Below, piece by piece: positions 52,238-64,000 of a stretch of 64,000 bases of DNA (position 1 is the first letter of the stretch; each line of letters begins with the position of its first letter). The notes under the pieces were generated by a model. The model ran no database searches and was not told the origin of the DNA. It worked only from the letters and a program-made list of their open reading frames with translations. This stretch comes from Lama glama (lineage: Eukaryota), in contig CM052818.1 of the NCBI GenBank assembly GCA_028534125.1, positions 44,642,001 through 44,706,000 on the forward strand, read 5' to 3'. The position numbers were made by a program, and so were the translations under genes.

Positions 52238-52405
52238 GGTTTTTTTTTTTTTTTAAGACTATTTACTTTTGTTTTTGCTTTGCAAGGGTTGGGGGGAAGT
52301 AATCAGGATTTTTTTATTTATTTTTAGAGGAGGTACCGGGGATTGAACCCAGGGCCTCATGCATGCTAAGCATGTGCTCTACCACTTGAGCTATACCTTC
52401 CTCCC
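52238..52405 (-). mobile_element. Camelid Vic-1-like SINE
   Basis: GGGGATTGAACCCAGGGCCTCATGCATGCTAAGCATGTGCTCTACCACTTGAGCTATACC on + strand with a T-rich tail upstream. Confidence 0.85.
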
Positions 52406-52770
52406 AAAGTCATTATTTTTTATCTCCATCAGATAGTTGAAGAAACTGAGGGCCAGTGTCATCAAGCCACTGATCACCAGGTGCACGGGGAACCCAGGTT
52501 TCCGCACGTATATCTGGACTCCACACTTGCCCCCAGTCTCTCTAGAGAAGGGGGAATTGCTCACCTTCCATGGGAGGAGGAATGGAATTTTCACTCAGCA
52601 CACTACTCAGGGCACCAGCGGCTCACACCAAGGGCTACTGAGCGCTAATTGCAGTTACTAACCAACCTGCTGCGAGCCCTGGGCCACGAAAAGGGGCAAC
52701 CGCCAAGGAGGGCTTCGGGGGATCGACACAGCTGCTTTTCCTCCAGCCAAGCGGCGGGGCCCAGCCTCAC

Positions 52771-53121
52771 CGGTGACAGCGATGCAGGAGTCGATGGCGG
52801 CGTTCCGGCAGGCGCAGATGATCACCACGTAGTTGGTCTTGGCCAGCTTGCCCTCGACGAGCAGCCGGAACATCTCGGACAGGCCCTCGGCCAGGGAGTA
52901 GGTGCACTCAATGATGTGCACGCTGTCGTTGCAGGAGCTGGCGGCCAGGCCGGCCAGCCAGGGCAGCTGCGCCGAGGTGACCGGGGCCACGGCGCTGGGC
53001 GCCGGTGGGAAGGGCTGCGGCGGCGCCTGCTGGTACTGCCGGATCTCCGTCAGGTGCGACTCGCGCCAGGAGCGCAGGAAGATCTGCTCCAGGTCCTCCA
53101 TCAGGGGCACCTGGTCGGCCG
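52771..53121 (-). CDS. GREB1: GREB1 exon (exon 11 equivalent, 351 nt)
   Basis: ggcag|CG GCC: AADQVPLMEDLEQIFLRSWRESHLTEIRQY...AIDSCIAVT; donor G|GTGAGG. Confidence 0.95.
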
Positions 53122-54099
53122 CTGCCAACGACAAGGCGGGCGGAAGAGGCTTCAGCGCGCGCCCCACGCAGCGGCTTTGTACAGACACGGTGGGGCCATT
53201 CGGCGGAAATGCGTGTAAACGAATTTTAAAATAACACCATCTAAGTTATGAATGTTAAACTGCATTACAGACTGCTGGGAAATATAGCGGTGGCTACAAA
53301 AGCAGCCCTAATCTCACCAACCTAACAGAAGCACTACTATTTTTGTGTATTTGTCTTTTTCCCCCCACATGCAGGTTATAAATAGCTGTAGTGATCGTGA
53401 GTGTAGGACTTCAGGGCTTGTCTGCTTTCCTCACCATCACACACCATCGTCTTGTTCCGGGACATTTATGGTCTTCACCGATAGCACTCCTAATGGGCAC
53501 GTGACGTCCCACAACACGGAGTTGCCATCACTGGCTTAGCCATGTTGATCTACTGTTGACCCTTGGATTGCTTCCACATGAGCATCTTTATAAATACTTC
53601 TGCAATACACAGCTTTATGTCTAGGACCTAACTTCCTGAGCCTAAATGTGCAAAACAGAGCCGACTAACATGTATCATCAAATTTCCAGGTGGTCTAAAT
53701 GTGTCAACTTACCATGACGTTAATGACACGTGATAAACACTCGTTCCACAGCACCCTTAGCTCCACCAGATGCCACTGTTTGGGTTATCATTAATTTAAC
53801 AGAGAAAAACAGTGCCTGTTTGATTTATTAATTTTGTACCTCTTGGATAACTAGGGAGACTGGATACTTTCCACATTCGTTTCCTACAGGTATTTTCTGG
53901 TTTATATGTCCAAATTTTTTAATTGGATGAGCTGGAGGAAGGAGCACTGTGCTTTGATTTAGGAGACATGCTCCATCCAGCCCCACCCAGCACCAGCTGT
54001 GGAGCCTTGGGCTCTCTTAAGATACAGTTTTCTGATAGGAAAAATTGGGGGTCATAATGCCTACTCATGGGGCTGTGCCAAAATTCAATTAGATAAGCT

Positions 54100-55620
54100 G
54101 TTCTATCTCCTGTCTTTAAAATCTTTCCCTGGAGCCCACATCCCCTTCCAGAACCACCACCCAGCAAAGCTCTGGGAGAGCTGTCTGCACTTGCCACCAT
54201 TCTTGTTTCCTCACCTCCATGCTCTCTAACCCACATAACCCAATACGGTCTTGTCTCCAGCTTCCTCATACATCACCATCAGGGTTGCCAATGGCTTCCA
54301 CGTGCCCAAAGCCAACGGTCAATAACCAGTCTACACTCAACTCTTGGCCACTACCTCAGTTGACTGGTCCCTCTCCCTGAAATGCTTTGCTTCACCAGCT
54401 TCTGATTCAATATTTATCTGTTCCTTCAACATCTCCTGGCTGAGTGCCAGCTTTCTGCCACTGGACACACACAAGTGACTGAGATGAACATTCCTGATCT
54501 CACAGAGCTTCCATCCTAAATGGGGAGGTGGACTTAAACAGATACACAGTATAATTTTCGGGAGTGTAGTGCTCTGAGTGAACGGGTAAAAGAGAAGAGG
54601 GGTCTGGGGAGGGGGCAATGCTGTCTTACCCACGATAATGATAAGGCCTCTCTGAGAAGGTGACATGGGGTAACATGTGAAGTGATACTCGGATGACAGG
54701 AGGAAGTGAGTCATGCAAATGTCCTGGGGCAAGATCATTTCTCAGGGAAGGAACAGCAGGCTCAAGATGCCTGCATGGGACCAAGATTGGTGGGCTAGGG
54801 AGGGACCGTGGGGCTGGAGCAGAGGGAGCAGAGGGGAGCAGGAGGTGGGGCCCGTCACTTGGGCCCTGGAACATTGTGCGGGTTAAGCACGTGATGGGAA
54901 ACCACTGGAGAGCTCTGAGCAGAGAAAATATATGATTGGATTCACAGTTTAACAGACATGGAGAATAGTGGGGAAGAGTGGTGCCCTGGGCAAGGGAGGC
55001 AGTGATGGAGAGGGTGGGCAAGGTTGGATTCAGGATGAGGACCAGCCTACCGGTGTATGTATGTGGATTGTGAGTGAGAGTGAGAAAGAGAACACTTACA
55101 CATGTTTCCAGACTCTTGACCTGGAGGTTTCCCCCTCTCCCAGCTCCCTCTGTCTCCTCCAGGTCTCTGAATGTTGCGTGTCCCAGGGCTCAAACCTTGG
55201 TGCCCTCCTCCATCCATCACCACTCCCAGGCTCACATCCAGTCTCACCACTTTAACACAGATCATCCCTGAGCCCACGTATCCTAAATCTGTAGCTGCAA
55301 CATCTCCCTGAGGCTCAAGACCTGCCCACCCAAATCCTTGACTCAGCCCCTGTGGCCATCCCACCAGCAGCTCACACTTGAAATTGCTGAGATGGAGCTT
55401 TTCGCTCATCCTTCAGCTCCACAGCTTACCTGGCTGCTCAGGCCAAAACGCAAGTCCCCTCCTTCCCTGGCCCCCTCAGACAGACAGCCCACCATGCTCA
55501 CCTTCAGAATATATCTGGCATCGTTCCCCTGTGCCCCTCAGTGGCCCAAGCCACCACCTGCCTTCACTGGGACGGCGGCACCACCCCTGCACCATCTGCT
55601 GCACGTGGTCTTCTAGAAAT
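54100..55620. mobile_element. Degenerate L2-like fragments in both orientations (approximate)
   Basis: CCAAAGCCAACGGTCA, GGGAAGGAACAGC, GGGAAACCACTGGAGAGCTCTGAGCAG, TCCCAGGGCTCAAACCTTGG. Confidence 0.5.
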
Positions 55621-55658
55621 GACAGTCAGATCACATCCGCCTACAGTGCTCCAGGGGA

Positions 55659-56060
55659 GCTATGGACTGAATTGTGTTCCCCCCAATCTCCTATGTTGAA
55701 GGCTTAGCCCCCAGCGTGATTATATTTGGCAACGGGCCTCTAAAGAAGTAGCTAAGGTTAAGGGAGGTCAGAAGGGTGGGGCCCTAATCCAGTAGGACCG
55801 GTGGCCCTTTAAGAAGAGGAAGAGACACCGGAACTCCCTCTCCGTCCCCCACCACACACACACACCAAGGAAAGGCCGCGGGAGGACACAGCGCAAAGGC
55901 GGCCATCTGCAAGCCAGGAAGAGAGGACCCCCAGAACCCAACCAGCCTGCCACCAGGATCTCAGACTTCCAGCCTCTAGAATCAGGACAGAATTCATCGC
56001 TGCTGTTTAAGCCCCTCAGTCTGAGATATCTTGTTATGGCCGCCTGAGCTGACTGATACA
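55659..56060 (+). mobile_element. MaLR solo LTR (MLT1A-like)
   Basis: GCTATGGACTGAATTGTGTTCCCCC...GGGCCCTAATCC...GACTTCCAGCCTCTAGAA...GCTGACTGATACA. Confidence 0.85.
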
Positions 56061-56094
56061 AGTTATTTCTCAGTGGGTCTCAAATACGAACTCT

Positions 56095-56179
56095 TAAACA
56101 ACAAGGTCCTACTGCATAGCACAGGGAACTATATTCAATACCTTGCAATAGCCAATAGGGAAAAAGAATATAAAAAGGA

Positions 56180-56225
<46 letters not shown>

Positions 56226-56315
56226 ATATATGTATACATGAATGAATCACTATGTTGTACACCAGAAACTAACCCAATATTGTAAATCAATTATACTTCA
56301 ATTAAAAAAAATAAA
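56095..56315 (+). mobile_element. L1 3' fragment containing a (TG)n microsatellite
   Basis: AACAACAAGGTCCTACTGCATAGCACAGGGAACTATATTCAATA...TGTAAATCAATTATACTTCAAT. Confidence 0.8.
56181..56221. repeat. (TG)20 microsatellite
   Basis: Seen directly. Confidence 0.95.
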
Positions 56316-56877
56316 ATATGAACTCCCGACCTTAGCCTGAGGCCCTGTCCCCTCTCTGACGGCACCCTTGCCCTCATGCTCTCACTCTGAAGACGCTCTG
56401 GCTCCCACTGACCTGGGGCTCCTCGTTCCCTCCCGCCCCAAGGCCCTCACCTCTCTTCCCCTCTTCTGACTCCCTCAGCTCCTCACAAGGCCAGCTCCTT
56501 CTCATCACTCTCCACTTAAACGCCACCTCCTCACAGAGGCCTTTCCTGAATCAGCCCCACAGACATCCACCCCATCTTCATTCAGTTTACTTTCCACTTG
56601 TCCATTGTTTCTCTCTCCCTCTAGAACACAGTCTCCTTGAGGGCAGAGCCTGTGTTTTATTCCTGCTCTACCTCTGCACCTAGAATGGCAGGGAAATCAT
56701 TATTGAATCCTCACTGGAGATCCTGACCTTCAGACCCTCGGGGGTGGGTGGTGGAGGGGTGACCACCACAGGACCTGGTAACAGAGGCGGCTTCACAAGG
56801 GCTCTGAGTGATGGTCAGCAAGCAAGGCTTGTGCAATTATTCTGCCAATGGTTCCCACAAAATGGGAGGAGACTCAC

Positions 56878-57063
56878 CCAGCTGGACGAGATAGTAGACG
56901 GTGAGCAGGAGCTGCATCTCCTCTGAGATGGGCTGGATGGTGGAGGCCCCATGTTGTTCATATGCCCTGGAGATGGACTGGGAGTTCTGGTAGCACGTGT
57001 ACAGGAGAGGGCTCACGACCACGTCATTCAGGTTCCCACAGAGGTATGGGAAGTTGCCGTGAC
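56878..57063 (-). CDS. GREB1: GREB1 exon (exon 10 equivalent, 186 nt)
   Basis: ccccag|GT CAC: GHGNFPYLCGNLNDVVVSPLLYTCYQNSQ...LTVYYLVQL; donor G|GTGAGT. Confidence 0.95.
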
Positions 57064-57959
57064 CTGGGGGGAGAAGACACAGTGTCTGCCTGGCAATGGC
57101 CTTAGGCACAACGTGTGGCCCCCACATGTGGGGGGGTCTCTGAATTCAAGAGAACAAAAGCATGCAGGCTAGTTGCACCTGGGGTAACTCAAGTGCTCCT
57201 GCTCGGGGAAATTTAGAACTCCCAGCCCTTGCTGACTTGTGCACCTGCTCTGATACCTGACGGGGCTGTACCATTTGCTGGTTCATTTAGTCCAATCCCT
57301 TACTTTATAGCTGAGCGAGCCAGGGCCCAGACAGAACCACCAAAGCCGAACAGCCATCACCTGGGCTGCTCCTTTGGCTCTGACCCTAGAAACTCCATGT
57401 GGGCAGTACCTTCCAGCTCTCTGCCAGGCCTGTGCCGGCCCGGCCCTGCCCAGCTCCCGCTGTTGGAGTCTGCCTCCCAGCCTCCCAGGACTCTCTGGCA
57501 AGCTGAGTTAGAAAAATACATCACTGAACAGACTAGAGACTCCAAATACCGACAGAATGTGACAAAAACTTTAGCAACCATTACAAGATTAATTCTAATG
57601 GCAACTCTCAGAGGCTGGAGAGCCCAGGCCAGGTCCAAATCACTTCTGCATCATTTATTAATTATATTACCCTAAGCAAGCAGCTTAACTTCCCTAAGCC
57701 TCGGTCTCCACATTTGTAAAATGGGGTGACGATATCAAATCCCCATGGGGTTGCAAAGATGATCAAATGTGCAGGTGTGCGTGTGGCATCCTGTACTCGG
57801 AAGATCTCCATGTATTCACCACACACACACTTACTGGATGCCCGCTGTGGGCTGTGTGCAGGCATCATGCTCGGCTCTGCAGGAAAATCTGGTGATGGAG
57901 ACATAGTTTACGACCTCAAGGAAATTGCTTCCCAAACCTGAGGGTGCATGAGGGTCCCC

Positions 57960-58130
57960 TGACAGGCTTTCCTAAAACACAGATTGCTGGGCCCCACCAC
58001 AGAGCTTCTGATTCAGGAAGGGGGCCTGACTCTGACTCTGGGATGGCCCCAGGAATTCACTCCTCTAAGAAGGTCCTGGGTGACGCTGGTCTTGCTCATC
58101 CAGGGACCACAATGTGGGCAGCACTGCTCA
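57960..58130. mobile_element. MER5A-like element
   Basis: AAAACACAGATTGCTGGGCCCCACC...TTCTGATTCAG...GGTGACGCTG...CCAGGGACCACA. Confidence 0.65.
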
Positions 58131-58616
58131 CGAATATTATGGTTTAAAAGAAGCAACATAAAGAATCACTATTAAAGGAAGAGTATGCTATTTGTCATAA
58201 AGGAGGCAAAAAGAAGCTACAAAGGGGCCCAGATTAAAGGGAATCTGAGGCGGCTTCCTGGAGGAGGCACTGGGTTGGGTCTTACAGCACAAGTGGGGTT
58301 TGATCAGATGGTACAGGGAAAGGAGCTCAGGAAGCACAGAAGTTACAAAGAGGAGGGCGGCTTAACCGAGGTGTGGGAAGTGCAGTGACGTGAGGAGCAG
58401 AGATGGTCTCAATCTGAGATCATCAGCTGTTGGACGCAGGTCTGCCGGACCCCCACCCCAACTTCCCTGAGGCTCCTGGCTAGTCTTGCTTGTTCACCAG
58501 TCATATTACACCAAGTAGGGTTGTCCTCCAGTCCTGCCTTGCTCTGTTTTCTGTGTTCCTTGGCCTACCACAGACATACAACAATCATGTAAAGAAAATA
58601 TGTAATGGGGGGTGAA

Positions 58617-58705
58617 GGGAGAGGGTACAGCTCAGTGGCAGAGCACGTGCTTAGCATGCACAAGGTCCTGGGTTCAATCCCTTGTACCTCTATTAAAAAA
58701 AAAAA
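58617..58705 (+). mobile_element. Camelid Vic-1-like SINE
   Basis: GAGGGTACAGCTCAGTGGCAGAGCACGTGCTTAGCATGCACAAGGTCCTGGGTTCAATCCC followed by poly(A). Confidence 0.85.
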
Positions 58706-59662
58706 GAAAGTAATTGAATGTTGACCTTCATCGTAGCTACCCAATAGGGCCCAATGGGATTCCTGGCCCTGCCTGACATCCAGTTTAAAACCCAGATTTA
58801 CACCCTGCCCATTGTTTGGTTTTTTTAGGAAAAAAGAAAGGTTTGCTCTCTCTTATTTCTTAATTAATGGTAAGATACCTCTCCTAGTTTACTTCCACCC
58901 TCTCTTCTCTATTCCCCAAAATGTGATACCAAATACGGTGTTGACTTATTTAAGAAGGACCTGATTGTATGTGCACGCGTGTATGTGTTTGTGGTTGTGT
59001 GTGTGTGACCCCATGCCAGCACACAGCACCGGCGAGCACCATCATAAAACAAGTCCACTGAACCCTCACATTCCAAGGGCTCTCACTTCATTAGAACGGG
59101 ATTTCCTTAGCTGAGCCACAAATCTATCTCCGCCAGCAGCCATGAGCCCACTGACACAGAACAGAGATCCAATCTGGTCTTGTTTTATGCTTCTGCGTGG
59201 TGACCATGGCCACCTTTGCACAATCAAAGTCAGATTTCATAGTCAAAAAATACCAGTGGCCACAGGACAACCCGCCAGCCCAGGGTCTGGTAAATCAGCA
59301 AGGGGCTGGTGCCCTTCTCCGTGGTGCTCAGCCCTGGGCCTGTTTCCGTGACAGGGGCCTAGTGTGGCTGGGGGAGTGACTAATTGAAAGAACAAATGAA
59401 CAAGCACTCGGGCATCACAGAACAGGACCACTTCACCCAGGCTTGTCATGGAAACTGTGACAAGCTCTGCCACTCTTGGCATCTGGTCAGGGGCCACCCC
59501 AGTGACTGGTCTGCTTAGCTCTTCCATTGCTCTAGAAAGAGTTTTTGAGTTTTCCTAGGAGGACACCCTGGGCATGGACTCAGACTGGAACGACGTGTCA
59601 GTGTTTCTCGAGTGTTCCTTGGGCTCCCTGACCTCCACCACTTGTCACACTGCTGTACTTGC

Positions 59663-59806
59663 CTTTAAAGATCACCGGCTTGGCCTTGCATATTTTCAGC
59701 AAGTTGTCAGGAACAGACACTGGTTCTCCGGAGGCCACAACGGGAAAGGTGACTGAGGCCGGTCCCACCAAGCCAACCTGGGGCATGCAGGTCATGCCTG
59801 CATTCT
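59663..59806 (-). CDS. GREB1: GREB1 exon (exon 9 equivalent, 144 nt)
   Basis: tttctag|AG AAT: ENAGMTCMPQVGLVGPASVTFPVVASGEPVSVPDNLLKICKAKPVIFK; donor is AAAG|GCAAGT (GC type). Confidence 0.92.
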
Positions 59807-60283
59807 CTAGAAACACGCCAAGAGCGTTAGGAAGATACATCAGACAAGGAATCTGCCTCTGGCAGATCTGACGTCAGACCAGCCAACAGATCTGCCTCAA
59901 CTGGACCCTCTCCCCATCTCCAGGGGCACCCAGCCTGGGAATCGCAGATTCCTACGGTCAAAAGCCGCATTAAGGTCCCTGGGTCCAACCTTCCCCACCA
60001 AACAACCTGTTTCCTCCTCTTTAATAGCCCTGCCAAGTGACAGGTAAGCTTTTTTTTAATTCCTCTAGGATCAGGGAGTTCAATACTGTGTAGGGATCCT
60101 GGGCTTTGTTAAACAAGTCTAATATATAAGAAAGAGAGTCTTTTATTATACCCAGCCCTGTCTCCATAGAACTTTCTCGCCAATATACACAAAAGTGTGC
60201 GCACACACACACACACACAGCCAGTGGCACCACCACCACTAGTACCCAAGCCTTGGATTTGGGGCAAGGCTATTGCCACTTAC

Positions 60284-60397
60284 CATACTTAGCTCTGTTC
60301 CCACCACCCTGGGGGTAGCCGCCGTCTGCAGCTGATGGAGATTCTGGAGACCACCCTTTGTGGCGCTTTTTGGGGGGCCCAGAGTTGGATAAGATAC
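60284..60397 (-). CDS. GREB1: GREB1 internal exon (human exon 8 equivalent, 114 nt); too short for the ORF track
   Basis: cctag|GT ATC TTA TCC AAC: GILSNSGPPKKRHKGWSPESPSAADGGYPQGGGNRAKY; donor G|GTAAGT. Confidence 0.93.
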
Positions 60398-61731
60398 CTA
60401 GGCAACATTCAGAGTATAGATTAGGCTGTCACTAGGGCAAGCGTCCATGAAACATTCCCTTGATTTGGAGAACACTTATTTGTCATTTTTTTTTAAATCA
60501 CAATTTTACAATGGGTTTTAGCATCTAGTAAAGTATCTGGGCTTAAGGAAGTATCCTGTCATCCTCTGTAAATATTTCATTCCAAAGTTGTGCAAATGTC
60601 TGAGCTTTAGCTCTCTAAGCCTTAATTACCTCCTTCACCTTTACAGCAGGGTAATAAAATCTACTCTGGAAGGTGGTTTGATCAGGACTAAAGAGAATAT
60701 ACGTAAAGCACAGAATTTGGGTCCAATAAATGGTAGCCACCGAGACCCACATCATCACCATCATTATCTACACGTTCCAATAGAGGAACAGGGGTTTCTG
60801 CAGACAAGCCGCAGCTGCATTTCAGCCATCACCGCAGTTTCACCACTTGGAGGCAGTACTGATCCACCTGTGCCCCTCTCCCCACCCCAGCCTTGAAAGC
60901 TAATTTCAGATTAAAAATCTCAAGGGGACCAGAAGCTGGTACCCACTGCTTTTCATGAGTCATCCCTGCCCACTCTAGAGAGCAGCATGAGCATGACTCA
61001 TGATATGTTCTTGGGGTATCCAAAATATCAAGAATTCGTTACTATACTTTTTTTTTTGACACAAAATCCCCCCTACATTTACAGCTACATGTTAAACCGT
61101 GACACATTATAAACTGACTATACATCAATCAATCAATCAATCAAATAAAAAATTTAAAATTTAAAACTATTCCCGGATGTAGCCCCATCCCCAGGAAACC
61201 AGAACCCTAGCTGGTGGGGGGAGGGAATGCATCCTGATGACGCCCCCACACCTCCCCTGAGCTCCTGGTGATTCTAAACCACTCCAGGGCTGACTAATGC
61301 GGGTTTAGAGCAATGTTACTCTAGATCTGGCCTGAGAGAAAGCTGGACAGAACTAGCAGGAGCTTGTGAAAATTGTCCACTCCTATGGAATCAAATCTCC
61401 AGAGATGAGAGGACACAGCACTCACAAGCATCCGGGCTATGCCTAGGCGAGCGCAGTGTGAGAATTACTGCTTTAGAGTCTCTTGAAAGTCATCCACAAT
61501 TATTGCTACCTCTTCTTTAGACTGACTGAGTAAAATCAAGTGGTTCAAAAGTTAAAAAACGAGAAGTACTTTGTTTACAAAGAGCTTTCAAACAGGTGGG
61601 CCCCTTGGACCCCCGCAACCTCTTGGGCAGCTTCTGTTATCTTTGTTCCAGTTAGAACCACATCTTCGCCTCCCCAAACATCTGTCCTCAAGAGCCGGTG
61701 GAAGAGCTCCCACTAAGACTAAGATGTCAGC

Positions 61732-62231
61732 NNNNNNNNNNNNNNNNNNNNNNNNNNNNNNNNNNNNNNNNNNNNNNNNNNNNNNNNNNNNNNNNNNNNN
61801 NNNNNNNNNNNNNNNNNNNNNNNNNNNNNNNNNNNNNNNNNNNNNNNNNNNNNNNNNNNNNNNNNNNNNNNNNNNNNNNNNNNNNNNNNNNNNNNNNNNN
61901 NNNNNNNNNNNNNNNNNNNNNNNNNNNNNNNNNNNNNNNNNNNNNNNNNNNNNNNNNNNNNNNNNNNNNNNNNNNNNNNNNNNNNNNNNNNNNNNNNNNN
62001 NNNNNNNNNNNNNNNNNNNNNNNNNNNNNNNNNNNNNNNNNNNNNNNNNNNNNNNNNNNNNNNNNNNNNNNNNNNNNNNNNNNNNNNNNNNNNNNNNNNN
62101 NNNNNNNNNNNNNNNNNNNNNNNNNNNNNNNNNNNNNNNNNNNNNNNNNNNNNNNNNNNNNNNNNNNNNNNNNNNNNNNNNNNNNNNNNNNNNNNNNNNN
62201 NNNNNNNNNNNNNNNNNNNNNNNNNNNNNNN
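61732..62231. other. Assembly gap (500 N)
   Basis: Run of N of round length. Confidence 1.
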
Positions 62232-64000
62232 GACTCGGTCGTGGAGACAGGCCCGGTAAGCCTGGAAGGCTGCACTTGCCTAGGGGCATATGCGAAGGCC
62301 TCTGTGAAGAGCAAACCTTACAGGACAGGAACCGTCCCCTTCAGCTGTTTACACTGACCAACGGCCTGCACGGCTTTGCTCTGCCCGTTTCCTTCAGGGC
62401 TGGCTAGTCCCGGAATCTCAAAGCAGTTAGAACCTTGAGATTGGATCCTTTGGGAGACCTCTTCAGAGTCCAGAATCCCCTCCATGAGCTGCTGAAAAGC
62501 AATCAAGAGGTCTGCCAGGCACGGCCAGAATGGTGGCCAGTGACATCTGTGGGCCCAGCAGCCGCGGAGGGGAGACAAGCTACCGAGGGTGGTGCCTCGC
62601 TGTAAGTGTCCTGCTGTCTGAGGCCAGGGTGGGCCTTTCTGGGAGTGGACGGAGTTCAGCCAAGAGGCTCTGGGAAGGCCACCTGTGCAGCGGTGACGCC
62701 CAGACCACCTCCTGCGAACTATTAAAGTCCAGAAAACGTGTTTGGAAGACCTTTACAAACTGTAAAGTCTATTCAAACTGGACTCAGAGCTGCTGGTTAA
62801 CACAAGAGAAAAGTGGTGACACAGAGTGACCGCGGGGAGGTGTGGATTGCGTCTGCGTGCAGAAGTTCATGTGCTCAGACTAGCACCTGGCACAGGAGAG
62901 ACAGTAACCATCAGAGGGAGGAGGGAGGAAACAGGCAGCCATCTGAGCGAACACTCAGGACTTCTGCACACACTGCAAAATTTTTATGTTCTAATGTTGT
63001 CATATTCCTAACATTCTCTAATTTTGTACACTAATGTTTTTATTTACTCCTTTGTCTCCAACCTGGGAACCTTGAGATAAACAGCCCCACTGCTATCTAA
63101 GAGTGAAGCCCTGAGAAACCTCCCAAGGTCCCTGGAAGGGATTCTGACCCCGAGTGTTGAAAAGATGGATGAACGTGAAAGAGAACTGCAAGACCAGGGA
63201 TGCTAAGAGCACTTCACCAAGGCCTGCGCTGCCGTCGCCTTCCAGGAGCAGCCAAACAGGTTACAGGCCTTTGTCCAGTGAGACACGTGTGGGTTCAAGC
63301 CCCGCCTTGCTGGTGAAGTGACTTCGGGCAGGTTAATCGACATCTCTCAGCTCTCAACTGTAAACAGGACAACAGCGAACATCTATTGCTCACCGACCAC
63401 GTGCCAGGCCTGTGCCAGCACTTCACATTATAAACATTCTCATCTTAACCTCATGAAGCCCTACAAAGAATTCACAGTAGGTCCCCCAGTTTACAGATGA
63501 GCAAGTCAAGGCCGTGAGGAAGTAACTGGCCTGCGGCTGCAGGTAGGAGGTATCCTGAGTTGGGACTGAACCTGTCTGCTGTGCTCTCTCCTCACAAAGT
63601 CTGTCTTGTAGGAGCAGTGCCCAGTACATGTCTAGCACTCAACAGGTACTCAGTAAATGTCACTTCCCTTCCTCTCCCTCGGACAGGCAGGGCTGGATCA
63701 GAGGGCAGAGGGTAGCCAGGGTCAGGAGACTCAAGTCCAACCCTACACAGCCCCTCACGGTGCCATGAGATACGGGGGAAGTGGCTCGGTCTCTCCGGGT
63801 TCGGGTTTCCTAACTGTAAGAGGGAAGGTGAGGACTAAATGGGCGCTATGCATCCTTCCAGAACCAGATAGATGATTCTTTTTTGAGGCATCCACAGTGG
63901 CTTCCCTTGGATGTGGTGGGCAGCCTCTGAGTTCATGGCTTATGGCTGGGGGAGCCCAGGTTTACTGCTAGAGCCCCTCCCTTTGCAGAGGGTCCCCTCC

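Noticed and set aside
61571..62407. Long ORFs spanning N runs (also 24612-25199 and 9167-9446)
   Set aside because: Artefacts of translating through gaps; no GREB1-like coding sequence recognised in 62232-64000.

Overview
Mammalian genomic DNA, very likely camelid judging by four Vic-1-type tRNA-derived SINEs. The window holds two convergent protein-coding genes. NTSR2 (neurotensin receptor 2, + strand) is complete: four coding exons, 8037-14099, 408 aa. GREB1 (- strand) is partial: 18 consecutive internal exons at 60397-26552 plus the last exon at 23864-23701. About seven GREB1 C-terminal exons (~1.24 kb of CDS) are not visible and most likely lie in the 500-N gap at 24660-25159; the 5' exons lie beyond the window end or partly in the gap at 61732-62231. 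The rest is intron/intergenic sequence with L1, L2, MIR, MaLR (MLT1), Tigger1, MER5 and simple repeats, and three N gaps. I found no evidence of a new multi-gene system. The best points are splicing-level and protein-level: an atypical CA/GTTAAGT donor, an internal donor predicting a 281-aa 5-TM NTSR2, an 8-aa ICL3 deletion, a dual-frame NTSR2 tail, a GC-AG intron in GREB1, and Walker B-before-Walker A order in GREB1. Comparisons to human/rodent sequences, exon numbers and repeat family names come from memory and need checking.
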